This document shows, piece by piece, positions 31,146 through 40,343 of a stretch of DNA of 64,000 nt (positions are counted from its first letter, which is position 1; every line of letters starts with the position of its first letter). A program made the translations under genes and the position numbers. The DNA lies in the NCBI GenBank assembly GCA_963753655.1, contig CAVWDB010000006.1:684693-748692 (forward strand), in the 5' to 3' direction. A model generated the notes under the pieces. That model made no database searches and was not told where the DNA came from. It saw only the letters and a program-made list of their open reading frames with translations. This DNA is from an uncultured Chloroflexia bacterium (GTDB taxonomy: Bacteria > Chloroflexota > Anaerolineae > Anaerolineales > Villigracilaceae).

Positions 31146-31859
31146 ATGAACGCGGACAGAAGGTACTTCGGTATGACGGGCATGCAGGTTGGTATCCTCG
31201 GCGCGCTGATAGGCGGGTTGTGCCTGATCATCTTTTTGGGTGGTTGGTTGGCGCTGGGAAATACAACAGGTCTCGGTTCATTTAGTGAGCCTGCAACTCA
31301 AACCACTGAACCAACGGTGACGCCTGTGATTGTTACCACACCCGCAATTGTCCCAACGATCACGCTGACGCCGGAACCCTACGAACAGCTCATCCCTGCG
31401 CAATGGAATCAATATAAGACCGCCCTGGTGGAAATTTGGTTGCCGTCGAATTTCAAACTTGCCGATAAGAAAACAATTGACCGTACCAATAAATTTGCCG
31501 TGCCTGAGTTGTTGATAACAGAAATCCCCAGCAAATCGTCCGCTTACAACATGGTCGTTGGTGTATCTTATGATGTGTTTGTAGGAGATTCGCTCGACAA
31601 ATATTTGGACGCCAAACTTGCCAACCTTCCACAACTAGCGCGGGTTGCAGACCGTAAAACGGTATCCGTGAATTCGGTTGAAGCCCGGCGAATTGTGATC
31701 GAGGCACGCGTCGACAATATCGATGAGAATCACCTGGTATATGTTTTTCTGGATGGTAGTACGGTCTGGTATGTCGAGTACGCTGCAGAGATCAGCGAAT
31801 TCTTCGAGAACCTCCCGATCTTTGAGCAGAGTATCCAAACGTTTCGGGTGGCGCGATAA
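31146..31859 (+). CDS. Hypothetical membrane-anchored protein
   Basis: N-terminal TM, T/P linker, PsbP-like C-terminus; GGAGG RBS. Confidence 0.7.
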   Translation: MNADRRYFGMTGMQVGILGALIGGLCLIIFLGGWLALGNTTGLGSFSEPATQTTEPTVTPVIVTTPAIVPTITLTPEPYEQLIPAQWNQYKTALVEIWLPSNFKLADKKTIDRTNKFAVPELLITEIPSKSSAYNMVVGVSYDVFVGDSLDKYLDAKLANLPQLARVADRKTVSVNSVEARRIVIEARVDNIDENHLVYVFLDGSTVWYVEYAAEISEFFENLPIFEQSIQTFRVAR

Positions 31860-31860
31860 A

Positions 31861-31887
31861 GTAAGGGCTGGGTAACCCAGCCCTTAC
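31861..31887. terminator. Bidirectional terminator hairpin
   Basis: GTAAGGGCTGGG/CCCAGCCCTTAC between convergent genes. Confidence 0.65.
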
Positions 31888-31891
31888 ATGT

Positions 31892-32407
31892 TTAATCAAA
31901 ATAAATATTCAAATCGGAACAGTCGAACCGGTTCCCGCAGTTGGGACAGGTTACTTTACAGTTCTTCTCGTACATCTCATGCCCGCAACGGTCGCAAAAA
32001 TAAATATGCTTCTCATTCCATCTTACGGGCTTTAATAGGGATAAATCAAATTCAGCGATTCGTTCCATGCCCAGCCTTTGCACTTCCGTGATGACTGTCG
32101 CAGCGTTTTTTCTTAACTCGTCCACGTAAATTCCCTTGCAATTGTCTGCCCAGTCTTTCAACCATCTTTGGCTTCGGCGATAGACCTTGACCGCGCCGTT
32201 GTAGTTTCTGCGCGTGATGTGCAGGTATACAACTGCAATCTGTAATATTCCCCGATATAAATTTCTCACCTCCCCTTTTTCGGCATTCCATGCATCTTCC
32301 AGGGCTTCATGCGCTTCGAAGAATTTTCCCGCATTGAAGAGACGGAGTCCTTCTGCGGCTTGGGGATGTAGCGGGGAGTGGCAGGGATCGTTCGTTAATT
32401 CAGTCAT
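31892..32407 (-). CDS. DUF309 protein with C-terminal zinc finger
   Basis: FNAGKFFEAHEALEDAW, GILQIAV; CDRCG...CKVTCPNCG...DCSD. Confidence 0.85.
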   Translation of the reverse strand: MTELTNDPCHSPLHPQAAEGLRLFNAGKFFEAHEALEDAWNAEKGEVRNLYRGILQIAVVYLHITRRNYNGAVKVYRRSQRWLKDWADNCKGIYVDELRKNAATVITEVQRLGMERIAEFDLSLLKPVRWNEKHIYFCDRCGHEMYEKNCKVTCPNCGNRFDCSDLNIYFD

Positions 32408-32458
32408 GGAGAGGGTGTTTTTTATTATAGCCGTAATGGTAAAATTTCCGTACTAGCC

Positions 32459-33347
32459 ATGCGTTCTTTTTTTGAAAACAAGACCTGGGTATTACTGGTG
32501 TCCATCCTTGCGTTGGGGGCTTTGACGGTACTCTCTGTCAGCTTGAAAAATGTTTCATTTAATGCGCCACAGCCCATCGGTCGGCAGGAGGCGGCGCCGC
32601 TTGATATCCCTCCAGTCTCTATGCCAAGAATCCCTGGATGAAGTTTCACTCTGGTCGCAAATTGCTTTATGGGTGGCATTGACTGTCCTTATTGCGCTGA
32701 TCGCAGTTTTGCTTTCTCCCGAGGGTCGAAAAAGGATGTTTCGGGTCTTTGTACGTGCTGCCGCTATCTATTGGGCTGTATATTATCTCCTAAAAAGTCA
32801 CCCGGAAATTCTCTCTATTTTGAACGTAAACTTTAATGCCGCCTCATCGGGCGCAGGAGCTGGAGATCTTGCCGAAATACCACCGCCAGTCTTTACTCCA
32901 CCAAAGGAGATAGTGTTCATTTCATATGTGGTCAGTGTGTTAATTGTTCTGACGATTGTATATCTGGGGTGGAAGTTATATCGGACCTGGAGAGCATTGA
33001 ATGCTATTACTCAGCAAAAGCCTTTATCTGAAATTGCGCATATTGCCCGTTCATCCCTCCAAGACCTTTCTTCGGGAAGAGAATCAACAGATGTCATCAT
33101 AAATTGTTATTTCCGTATGAGCGATGTGGTGGGAGATAAAAAGAACATGCAGCGTGGACCTTCGATGACTCCTGCAGAATTCGCAGCGCGGCTTGAGGCT
33201 TCCGGTTTGCCGGGGGAGGCGGTGCGCAGGTTGACGCGTTTGTTTGAAAGCGTACGGTACGGTTCGCAAAGGGCAGGGCCCAAAGAGATCAATGAAGCGG
33301 TGGCTTGCCTGACATCCATATTGCAGTACTGTGGGGAGCCTGTATGA
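32459..33347 (+). CDS. DUF4129-domain membrane protein (frameshift near 32630)
   Basis: MTPAEF...LTRLFESVRYG motif. Confidence 0.8.
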
Positions 33348-33934
33348 CGCGCCGCGTATTTGCCCTGCTCGGAATTATCGGCATTGCCCTTTTACTGGCT
33401 TTTCCTTTGCGCGGCACAATATATAAAGCGATCATTATTCCCGTTGCCTACGTGTTGTGGATATTGGGATTGGCATATCATGCTGTCCATCAATCGCTGT
33501 GGTGGATCGTCGTTATCGCCCTCGTTTTGATAATTATTGTACGCGCTCTTTTGCCAACGCCCAAGCTTGGAGTCAAAAGAACGGTCAAGATCAAACCCCC
33601 GATTGGACAAGTGGAAGCGCTGGCAGTCTGGATGAAGAAATCAGAGCATGGTAGATACTTCCAATGGCTGGTTGCGAATCGACTTGGAAAGATCGCATTT
33701 CAAGTGTTGTCTCAACGTGAGACGGGAAAAGCACGCTCCGTATTCGACCCGTTGGCTGGTTCGGACTGGAAGCCAGATGCGGGCTTGCAATCCTATCTTG
33801 AGATCGGGTTGCGTGGTTCGTTTGCAGATTATCCGCATGAGAACAGACTTTTTTCAAAACCCAGGCAAACACCACTCGACCATGATGTGAATGATGCGGT
33901 GGAGTTTTTGGAATCGGAGATTGGAAATAAATGA
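33344..33934 (+). CDS. Hypothetical membrane protein of the MoxR cluster
   Basis: ATG overlaps upstream TGA; 2-3 TMs. Confidence 0.7.
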   Translation: MTRRVFALLGIIGIALLLAFPLRGTIYKAIIIPVAYVLWILGLAYHAVHQSLWWIVVIALVLIIIVRALLPTPKLGVKRTVKIKPPIGQVEALAVWMKKSEHGRYFQWLVANRLGKIAFQVLSQRETGKARSVFDPLAGSDWKPDAGLQSYLEIGLRGSFADYPHENRLFSKPRQTPLDHDVNDAVEFLESEIGNK

Positions 33935-33944
33935 TGGATAAGGA

Positions 33945-34030
33945 TGCGTCGCACCTTACTTATGGGACGACTCTTATCAGGTAGATAAACCTACTTAATC
34001 AGACTCGTTCAACCTGTGTAGTGCGACGCA
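33945..34030. repeat. TGCGTCGCAC...GTGCGACGCA inverted-repeat element
   Basis: 10-12 bp arms about 65 nt apart; second copy at 59189-59275. Confidence 0.65.
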
Positions 34031-34057
34031 CTCCCGTAAACAAAATGGAGAATCAAC

Positions 34058-35011
34058 GTGGCAGATATTTCTAAAGTATCCACAACAACCAGACAAGTCA
34101 TCGCGGAAGTGGAGCGCGCTGTCGTTGGCAAGCGCGACCTGCTCGAGATGATGATGGCGTCCGTACTGGCGGGCGGACACATCCTTCTTGAAGATTTCCC
34201 CGGTCTGGGGAAGACGCTTGTTGCGCGCAGTTTTGCGACCGCACTTGGCTTGGATTTCAAACGTATCCAATTCACACCTGACTTACTACCCGGTGACATC
34301 ACAGGCGGATATATTTTCAATCGCACCAAGAATAAATTCGAGCTTCGCAAGGGAGCCATCTTTGCGAACATCGTCCTTGCCGATGAGATCAACCGCGCTT
34401 CGCCGAAGACTCAATCCGCTTTGCTGGAGGCGATGCAGGAGGGGCATGTGACCATCGAGGGCGAAACGCTCCCATTACCTGAACCATTCCTTGTGCTTGC
34501 CACGCAAAACCCCATTGAATACGAAGGCACATTCCCGTTGCCCGAAGCGCAATTGGATCGTTTCATGTTGAAGCTCAAAGTTGGTTATCCAAGTTTGGAA
34601 GAGGAAAAATTGATCCTGCGTCGTCGCCGTGAGCGCAAGCAGGATGAAGTTATATTGAGCGAAATTACGAAGGCAAAGCAATTGCTTGATCTGCGAGCGG
34701 CAGTGGAAACTGTCCATGTGGATGCGGACCTTGAGGAATATATCGCGGCGCTTGTCCATGCCACGCGCATGGACCGTCGTGTGGCTGTCGGCGCGAGTCC
34801 GCGCGGGTCGCTGGCATTTCTCAAGATGGCGCGCGCCAATGCCGCGCTGGAAGGGCGCGAGTACATTGTGCCGGATGACATCAAGCGTTATGCAACTGCC
34901 GTGCTTGGTCATCGCGTCATCCTGCAGCCGGAGTATTGGATGGCAAATTCGGTCACGGATGATGTCATCCGTGATTCGGTGGCGAAGACGCCGGTGCCGG
35001 TAGTTAAGTAG
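34058..35011 (+). CDS. MoxR-family AAA+ ATPase
   Basis: PGLGKT, RIQFTPDLLP, DEINRA, ATQNPIE, LDRF. Confidence 0.93.
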   Translation: MADISKVSTTTRQVIAEVERAVVGKRDLLEMMMASVLAGGHILLEDFPGLGKTLVARSFATALGLDFKRIQFTPDLLPGDITGGYIFNRTKNKFELRKGAIFANIVLADEINRASPKTQSALLEAMQEGHVTIEGETLPLPEPFLVLATQNPIEYEGTFPLPEAQLDRFMLKLKVGYPSLEEEKLILRRRRERKQDEVILSEITKAKQLLDLRAAVETVHVDADLEEYIAALVHATRMDRRVAVGASPRGSLAFLKMARANAALEGREYIVPDDIKRYATAVLGHRVILQPEYWMANSVTDDVIRDSVAKTPVPVVK

Positions 35012-35097
35012 TCGCGCTCTCGAAGAGCATCGGGACGATGTGAGCGGAGTCCTGAGCGTTCGCCTGTCGGCTCGCTCCGCTCAGCGCGAGAGAAGAT

Positions 35098-36378
35098 ATG
35101 TCACGTTCATTATTTCTTAGCATCATCATTTATTCTCTTATCATCACTGGCATCGCAACGGTGCGCGGGGAGTTTATCGCGCTGGCGTTGCCTTTTGTCC
35201 TTTTTTTATTGACAGGATTTATCTTTGCGCCTGATAAGATCAGACTTACAGCGACGCGGCATTTGAGCGCGGAACGCGTCTCGCCCAATGCTGAAGTCAT
35301 TGTGACGGTGACGATCACCAATCGTGGCTCGCACTTGGAAGAAGTGTTGATCGCGGATATTATTCCTTCGGATTTGAAGATACGCTTCGACTCTACCCGA
35401 CATTTGATTCGGCTTTCGAAAAACTCTTCTTTCACTTTTGCTTATACGGTCGTGGGACCGCGTGGTGGGTATGGATTCGAAAAGGTCCGGGCTGAGATCA
35501 AGGATTCTTTGGGCGTCACCAGCCGCAAGGTCGAGATCGAAGCGAAGGGACAGTTGTTCGTCTTCCCGCCGGTGACGCGTCTGCGTCACGTTGCGATACG
35601 TCCGCGTCGCACAAAGGTCTATGCAGGGACGATCCCCGCACGGGCAGGCGGTTCAGGGACGGAGTTCTTCGGAGTCCGTGGCTATCAACCCGGCGATTCG
35701 CCGCGCGTCATCAATTGGCGGGCGAGCGCGCGTAGTGTGGAAAATCTGTATTCGAATGAGTTTCAGCAGGAGCGTGTGGCGGATGTGGGCATTGTGCTCG
35801 ATGGGCGTTTACGGACGAACCAGTTTGCGCATGGGCATTCGTTGTTCGAACATTCGGTGGGCGCCGCGGCGGCGTTGGCGGACGCGTTGCTGGCGCAGGG
35901 CAACCGTGTGGGCTTGCTGGTGTATGCTTCGTTTTTGGGTTGGACGTTTCCCGGGTATGGCAAGGTGCAGCGTGAGCGAATATTGCATTCGCTTGCACAT
36001 GCCAAACCGGGCGGCAGTGAGGTGTTCGCCGACTTCGCTCACCTGCCGACGCGTTTATTCCCGCCCGAATCACAGATCATTTTGGTCTCGCCGTTGACGG
36101 ATGCGGATTTGACTCCGCTTGTTCAATTGCGGGCACAGGGATATCAGGTGTTGGTTGTGTGTCCGGACCCGATAAAGTTTGAGTTGTCATATCTGGCGCA
36201 GGATAAAAATGTCGAACTGGCGTCGCGTGTGATAAAAATGGAACGGTCGTTGTTGTTGCAAAAAGTGGGACGCGCTGGCATCCAGGTATTGGAATGGGAT
36301 ATAACTGAACCGTTCGATCAGGTTGTAAAGCAGAGGCTGGGGCGTCCGCCTGTTTGGTTGAGGAGTGTTGGAAGATGA
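35098..36378 (+). CDS. DUF58 domain protein
   Basis: EFFGVRGYQPGDSPRVINWRASAR. Confidence 0.9.
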   Translation: MSRSLFLSIIIYSLIITGIATVRGEFIALALPFVLFLLTGFIFAPDKIRLTATRHLSAERVSPNAEVIVTVTITNRGSHLEEVLIADIIPSDLKIRFDSTRHLIRLSKNSSFTFAYTVVGPRGGYGFEKVRAEIKDSLGVTSRKVEIEAKGQLFVFPPVTRLRHVAIRPRRTKVYAGTIPARAGGSGTEFFGVRGYQPGDSPRVINWRASARSVENLYSNEFQQERVADVGIVLDGRLRTNQFAHGHSLFEHSVGAAAALADALLAQGNRVGLLVYASFLGWTFPGYGKVQRERILHSLAHAKPGGSEVFADFAHLPTRLFPPESQIILVSPLTDADLTPLVQLRAQGYQVLVVCPDPIKFELSYLAQDKNVELASRVIKMERSLLLQKVGRAGIQVLEWDITEPFDQVVKQRLGRPPVWLRSVGR

Positions 36379-36391
36379 TCTTTTAAAAATA

Positions 36392-36569
36392 ATCCGGTGG
36401 TTGAGTAGGCGGCGTCGCGCTGAGCGGAGGGTTGAGCGGTTGTTGCGAAGCCCGCAGTCGAAGCGTCGCCGCCGTATCGAAACCACCATGTAAGCAAAGT
36501 AATTCAGGTTATTTGCTGGTTTCGATACGCCCCTCGCAACAATCGCTCGGGGCTACTCAACCAGCGGAT
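36392..36569. repeat. GGTGGTTGAGTAG...CTACTCAACCA composite palindromic element
   Basis: Related copies at 51300-51392, 52020-52164 and a half copy at 40281-40330. Confidence 0.72.
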
Positions 36570-36584
36570 TTGTTGGAGTTTTGA

Positions 36585-37079
36585 ATGACGATCATCGCAA
36601 TGATATTGAGCATCATCCTGGGGACAGGTTCGCTGGCGTATGGATATTCGCTGGTGGGATTTGCCGACCCTGTACGCTGGATTATCTTGCTAGGAGTCGT
36701 CTGGCTGGCGGCGCATTGGCGGAAATATTATTGGTTTTCGTCTGTTGCGTTATTTCTCACGCTTATCGCCGCGGCGTATGGCGTTTGGCGTGAATTCCCC
36801 ACAATATGGATGTTGCTCGGCGCGCTGGGCGGCTTGCTCGGCTGGGACCTGTCCGATTTTGCGCGCAGGCTTGGTTATGCCGCGCCGACGGATGATGTGC
36901 GCGGCATGGAACGCAGTCACCTGGCGCGCGTGGGTGTTGTCGCCGCGCTGGGGTTGGGACTCGCGCTATTGAGTTTGTTTATCCACGTGAGAAGGCTGGC
37001 GTTTGAAGTGGCAGTGGGATTGGTGTTGCTGGCTGTACTTGGGTTGACGCGCTTGGTGATGAGGTTGAGGAAGTATTAG
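36585..37079 (+). CDS. Hypothetical polytopic membrane protein
   Basis: Hydrophobic ORF with LLGWD motif following DUF58. Confidence 0.7.
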   Translation: MTIIAMILSIILGTGSLAYGYSLVGFADPVRWIILLGVVWLAAHWRKYYWFSSVALFLTLIAAAYGVWREFPTIWMLLGALGGLLGWDLSDFARRLGYAAPTDDVRGMERSHLARVGVVAALGLGLALLSLFIHVRRLAFEVAVGLVLLAVLGLTRLVMRLRKY

Positions 37080-37140
37080 GGCAACTCGCCTTGATTTGAG
37101 AGATATTTGATGCATGTTGTTTTTATGTACTTTTTCTTAT

Positions 37141-38619
37141 CAATACCTTCGCCAAAAAATAAGCAAGAAGGGCTTCTTGTAGTAAAGTTATGTTCACCAC
37201 AAACAAACCTACAACAAGAAGCCCGTGATGAACATTTTAGCACTTTTACAATGTATACAGCCTGAGCTTTCGAAAACCGATCTGCGACGTTTGAGCCGGA
37301 TCGCCCAGGCGATGTTGAGTTTGAGCGGTCGTGTGACGATGCTAGGTCTGTCTCGCTGGGCCGGGAAAGGTGGCAGCTACCGAACGGTACAGCGATTTTT
37401 CAACGCTGTGATTTCCTGGCCGAACGTTTTCGGTAAGTTCTTCATGCGACACTTGTACCTGCCTGGGACAGAATACTTTCTGGTGGGAGATGAAAGCGTG
37501 GTGACCAAATCTGGCAAAGAGACGCATGGCTTGGACTACTTCTTCTCCGGCTTGCTGAACAAGGTCGTGAAAGGGGTTGCCATTTTCTCCCTGTCACTGG
37601 TTTCTGTCGAAGATCGGCGCTCCTATCCATTGCGAGTGGAACAGGTCATCCGCAGTGAAGCAGAAAAGATGGCGGCCAAAGAGCGCAAGCAGAAACGAGC
37701 AAAAAAGGATAAGGCAGCGCCAAAGAAAAAGCGTGGTCGTCCGAAAGGCAGCCGCAACCGGGATAAAAGCCAGGTTGAACTGACGCCGGAACTGAAGCGC
37801 ATCCAGGAGATGGTTAGAAATCAGCTCACTCTGTTGCAAGCTCTGATCAGCGTCCGTTATCTGGTGCTGGATGGACACTTTGGCAACAACAATGCCCTGC
37901 AGATGACCTTGCAGTGTGATCTGCACTTGATCTCTAAACTGCGCTATGATGCGGCTCTGTCTTTCGTTTACGACGGTAAGCAAAAACGCAAAGGACCGCG
38001 CAAGAAATATGGCCAGAAGATCAACTATCGCAACATTCCAAACCTATACCTGGTCGAGAAAAGCGTCAAAGAGGGCATCGAAACCTGCATCTACCAAGCC
38101 CAGATGCTGCATCATGAGTTCACCCAGGTGCTCAATGTGGTCATTCTCACCCAGACCAACCTGGGGACCGGCGCCTTTGCCAATGTCAACCTGTTCTCCA
38201 GTGACCTGGAACTCTCTTATGAAAAGATCATCGATTTCTACAGTTTGCGATTCCAGATCGAGTTCAATTTCAGGGATGCCAAACAGGATTGGGGCTTGGA
38301 AGATTTCACATCGTCCCGATGTTCCTGCGGGATGAATATCAAGGATCTGCCTGTCACGAATGCCAGCAACCTCTCGCTGTTCATGGTCAACCTATCCCAG
38401 GTCTTGCTGCGTGAATTTCGTGAAGTCCATCCTGACAGCGGCATTCTGGATTTGAAAGCTTATTTCCGCGCCGCAAAATACTTCGAGAAGACAATAAAAA
38501 TGCTTCCCGAAAAACCTGACCCATTTTTATTGCAGCAGATTTTTGGCCAGATAGCCACTTTAGGCTGTGTTCATGCTGTTAATGTGCACCCTTCACCGCC
38601 GTAATTGGCGAAGGTATTG
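37141..38619 (+). mobile_element. Insertion sequence (IS4/IS701-like DDE), 1479 bp
   Basis: 15-bp perfect terminal inverted repeats CAATACCTTCGCCAA/TTGGCGAAGGTATTG; no clean target duplication (TTAT vs CTAT). Confidence 0.88.
37225..38604 (+). CDS. DDE transposase
   Basis: GDESVVTK, VLDGHFG, YSLRFQIEFNFRDAK (YREK-type motif). Confidence 0.9.
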   Translation: MMNILALLQCIQPELSKTDLRRLSRIAQAMLSLSGRVTMLGLSRWAGKGGSYRTVQRFFNAVISWPNVFGKFFMRHLYLPGTEYFLVGDESVVTKSGKETHGLDYFFSGLLNKVVKGVAIFSLSLVSVEDRRSYPLRVEQVIRSEAEKMAAKERKQKRAKKDKAAPKKKRGRPKGSRNRDKSQVELTPELKRIQEMVRNQLTLLQALISVRYLVLDGHFGNNNALQMTLQCDLHLISKLRYDAALSFVYDGKQKRKGPRKKYGQKINYRNIPNLYLVEKSVKEGIETCIYQAQMLHHEFTQVLNVVILTQTNLGTGAFANVNLFSSDLELSYEKIIDFYSLRFQIEFNFRDAKQDWGLEDFTSSRCSCGMNIKDLPVTNASNLSLFMVNLSQVLLREFREVHPDSGILDLKAYFRAAKYFEKTIKMLPEKPDPFLLQQIFGQIATLGCVHAVNVHPSPP

Positions 38620-38632
38620 CTATTCTACAATC

Positions 38633-38708
38633 GTATTAAATTCATAAAAACCAAATCAGAATTCTCAGCCTCCCCGCCCACGGACTTGTAGAGTCCATTT
38701 GCGGGGGC
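38633..38708 (-). pseudogene. Duplicated 3' end of the GNAT gene
   Basis: About 76-bp diverged direct repeat of 39068-39144. Confidence 0.75.
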
Positions 38709-38710
38709 AG

Positions 38711-39055
38711 TTAAAGGCTATCTCTATTCCAATATGTAGCCTTTTCAAAGTCGTAGACATTCATCGCTATTTTGGAAATTTTGGGAAACATCGAAGTCAA
38801 TTTTTGAACCACTTTTTTTGACAAATCCGCTTTTTGCTCGGTGCTTCTGCCTTCCATGATGTAGGAGAACACGTGAATGAAGTCATCTTTCTTGCCGCCA
38901 ACCAAATATGTTTTAAATGGGTTAACTCTGACCTTGATATCGCCTTCATCAAATAACTTTGTTGAGTTGACGACCAAATGAACTTGTTTCAAAATCTCAA
39001 CTTCGGGATGTGTCTCTAAAACGCTTTCCGAACAATCCAAAATGAAATGAGGCAT
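38711..39055 (-). CDS. 5-carboxymethyl-2-hydroxymuconate isomerase-like (tautomerase fold)
   Basis: N-terminal PH, DIKVR, FIHV, EGRSTEQK. Confidence 0.85.
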   Translation of the reverse strand: MPHFILDCSESVLETHPEVEILKQVHLVVNSTKLFDEGDIKVRVNPFKTYLVGGKKDDFIHVFSYIMEGRSTEQKADLSKKVVQKLTSMFPKISKIAMNVYDFEKATYWNRDSL

Positions 39056-39486
39056 TATTTCTCCTTTGTATCAAATTCATACAAGACCAAATCTGAATTC
39101 TCAGCCTCTCCGCCCACGGACTTGTAGAGTCCATTTGCCGCGGCGTTGCTTTGGTCTGTGAGCACCCAGGCATTGACACAGCCGAGGCTTTGTCCCAGTT
39201 GCAGGAGTTCCTTCATGATGGCTTTGCCTACGCCTTTATTTTGATGGGCCGGTGAAACGCCGACTTCGTTGATGAACAGTTCGGGCGGCTTATCCGGGTG
39301 GATGTAATGAACTGCGGACGCGAATCCGATGATCGCACCATCGGTCAAGGCGACGACGATATGATGGCGTGGGTCTTCGAGAAATTCCCGTGCGTAGTTT
39401 TCGTCCACCGGGTTGTCGAATACATCATCGGGGACGTTTGTTAGCAAGGGTAGATCAGAGGGCGATAGGATTTTTGTGGTAAACAT
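39055..39486 (-). CDS. GNAT acetyltransferase
   Basis: INEVGVSPAHQNKGVG, NAAANGLY. Confidence 0.88.
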   Translation of the reverse strand: MFTTKILSPSDLPLLTNVPDDVFDNPVDENYAREFLEDPRHHIVVALTDGAIIGFASAVHYIHPDKPPELFINEVGVSPAHQNKGVGKAIMKELLQLGQSLGCVNAWVLTDQSNAAANGLYKSVGGEAENSDLVLYEFDTKEK

Positions 39487-39618
39487 AATTCTCCAGAGAA
39501 AGCCCTCACCCTGCCCTTCGCGAAGCATCCCCGTAGGGGGCTCCCAGCGGGAGAGGGGGAGTTGTCACGACAAAAATCGTCACTATCGGGGTGAGGAGGT
39601 TTTGAAATCAACGAAACG

Positions 39619-40161
39619 CTACAAGCTTTTCAGCCATTCATCCGTCTCTTTGGGATGTTTGAATCGAATCAACTTTAAATGCTTATACTCCGGTTGCGCC
39701 AACAACGTGGGATATTCGCGTTTCCTGCGCCAATAGGTTTTGAATAACCAATGAAACAAAGAGTCTTGTGACCAGAGCTTGAAGTGTGTCCAGATGCTTT
39801 CGCGATTGCCATTCCAGAGTTCCTCCTGGTACCACCATCTTTTCCATGTGCGTCTCCATAAGCGACCAAAGATAAGTGGAAGCGGATAATCCAGCCAAAT
39901 GACGGTATCTGCTTTCGCCCATACCAGATCGCGGACAACATGATAATTGCCCGCCACCACCCAAGCTGGCGTCTGTATCGCGGTTTCAACGCGCTGACGA
40001 AACACTTCGAGCGGAGCCTCCTGCCAATTCGGTTCCCAGTGGAGCGCGTCTAGTTCGATGAAGTCATAGCCAAATTTGTCAGCGAGCTGCTTCGCAAGCG
40101 TGGATTTGCCTGAACTCGTCGTGCCGATGACGATGATGCGATGGTAAGGAAAGGTGGGCAT
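39619..40161 (-). CDS. Adenylate kinase-like / FlaR-type P-loop protein
   Basis: GTTSSGKST, ELDALHW, WVVAGNY. Confidence 0.85.
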   Translation of the reverse strand: MPTFPYHRIIVIGTTSSGKSTLAKQLADKFGYDFIELDALHWEPNWQEAPLEVFRQRVETAIQTPAWVVAGNYHVVRDLVWAKADTVIWLDYPLPLIFGRLWRRTWKRWWYQEELWNGNRESIWTHFKLWSQDSLFHWLFKTYWRRKREYPTLLAQPEYKHLKLIRFKHPKETDEWLKSL

Positions 40162-40173
40162 AGAGTTTATTCA

Positions 40174-40343
40174 TGTCATTGCGAGGGTTGAGATGCGCTA
40201 GCATCGAAATCCCGAAGCAATCTCTGCTTGCCGTTAAATCTTAATTTTGTATGTGAGTTGAGATTGCTTCGTCGGGCTAGGTCTCGATACGCCCTTCGCA
40301 ACGAACGCTCAGGGCTACTCGACCACCAGCGCTCGCAATGACA
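40174..40343. repeat. TGTCATTGCGAG-family element with a nested second repeat
   Basis: Outer arms TGTCATTGCGAG/CTCGCAATGACA; nested GTCTCGATAC...CTACTCGACCA. Confidence 0.72.
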
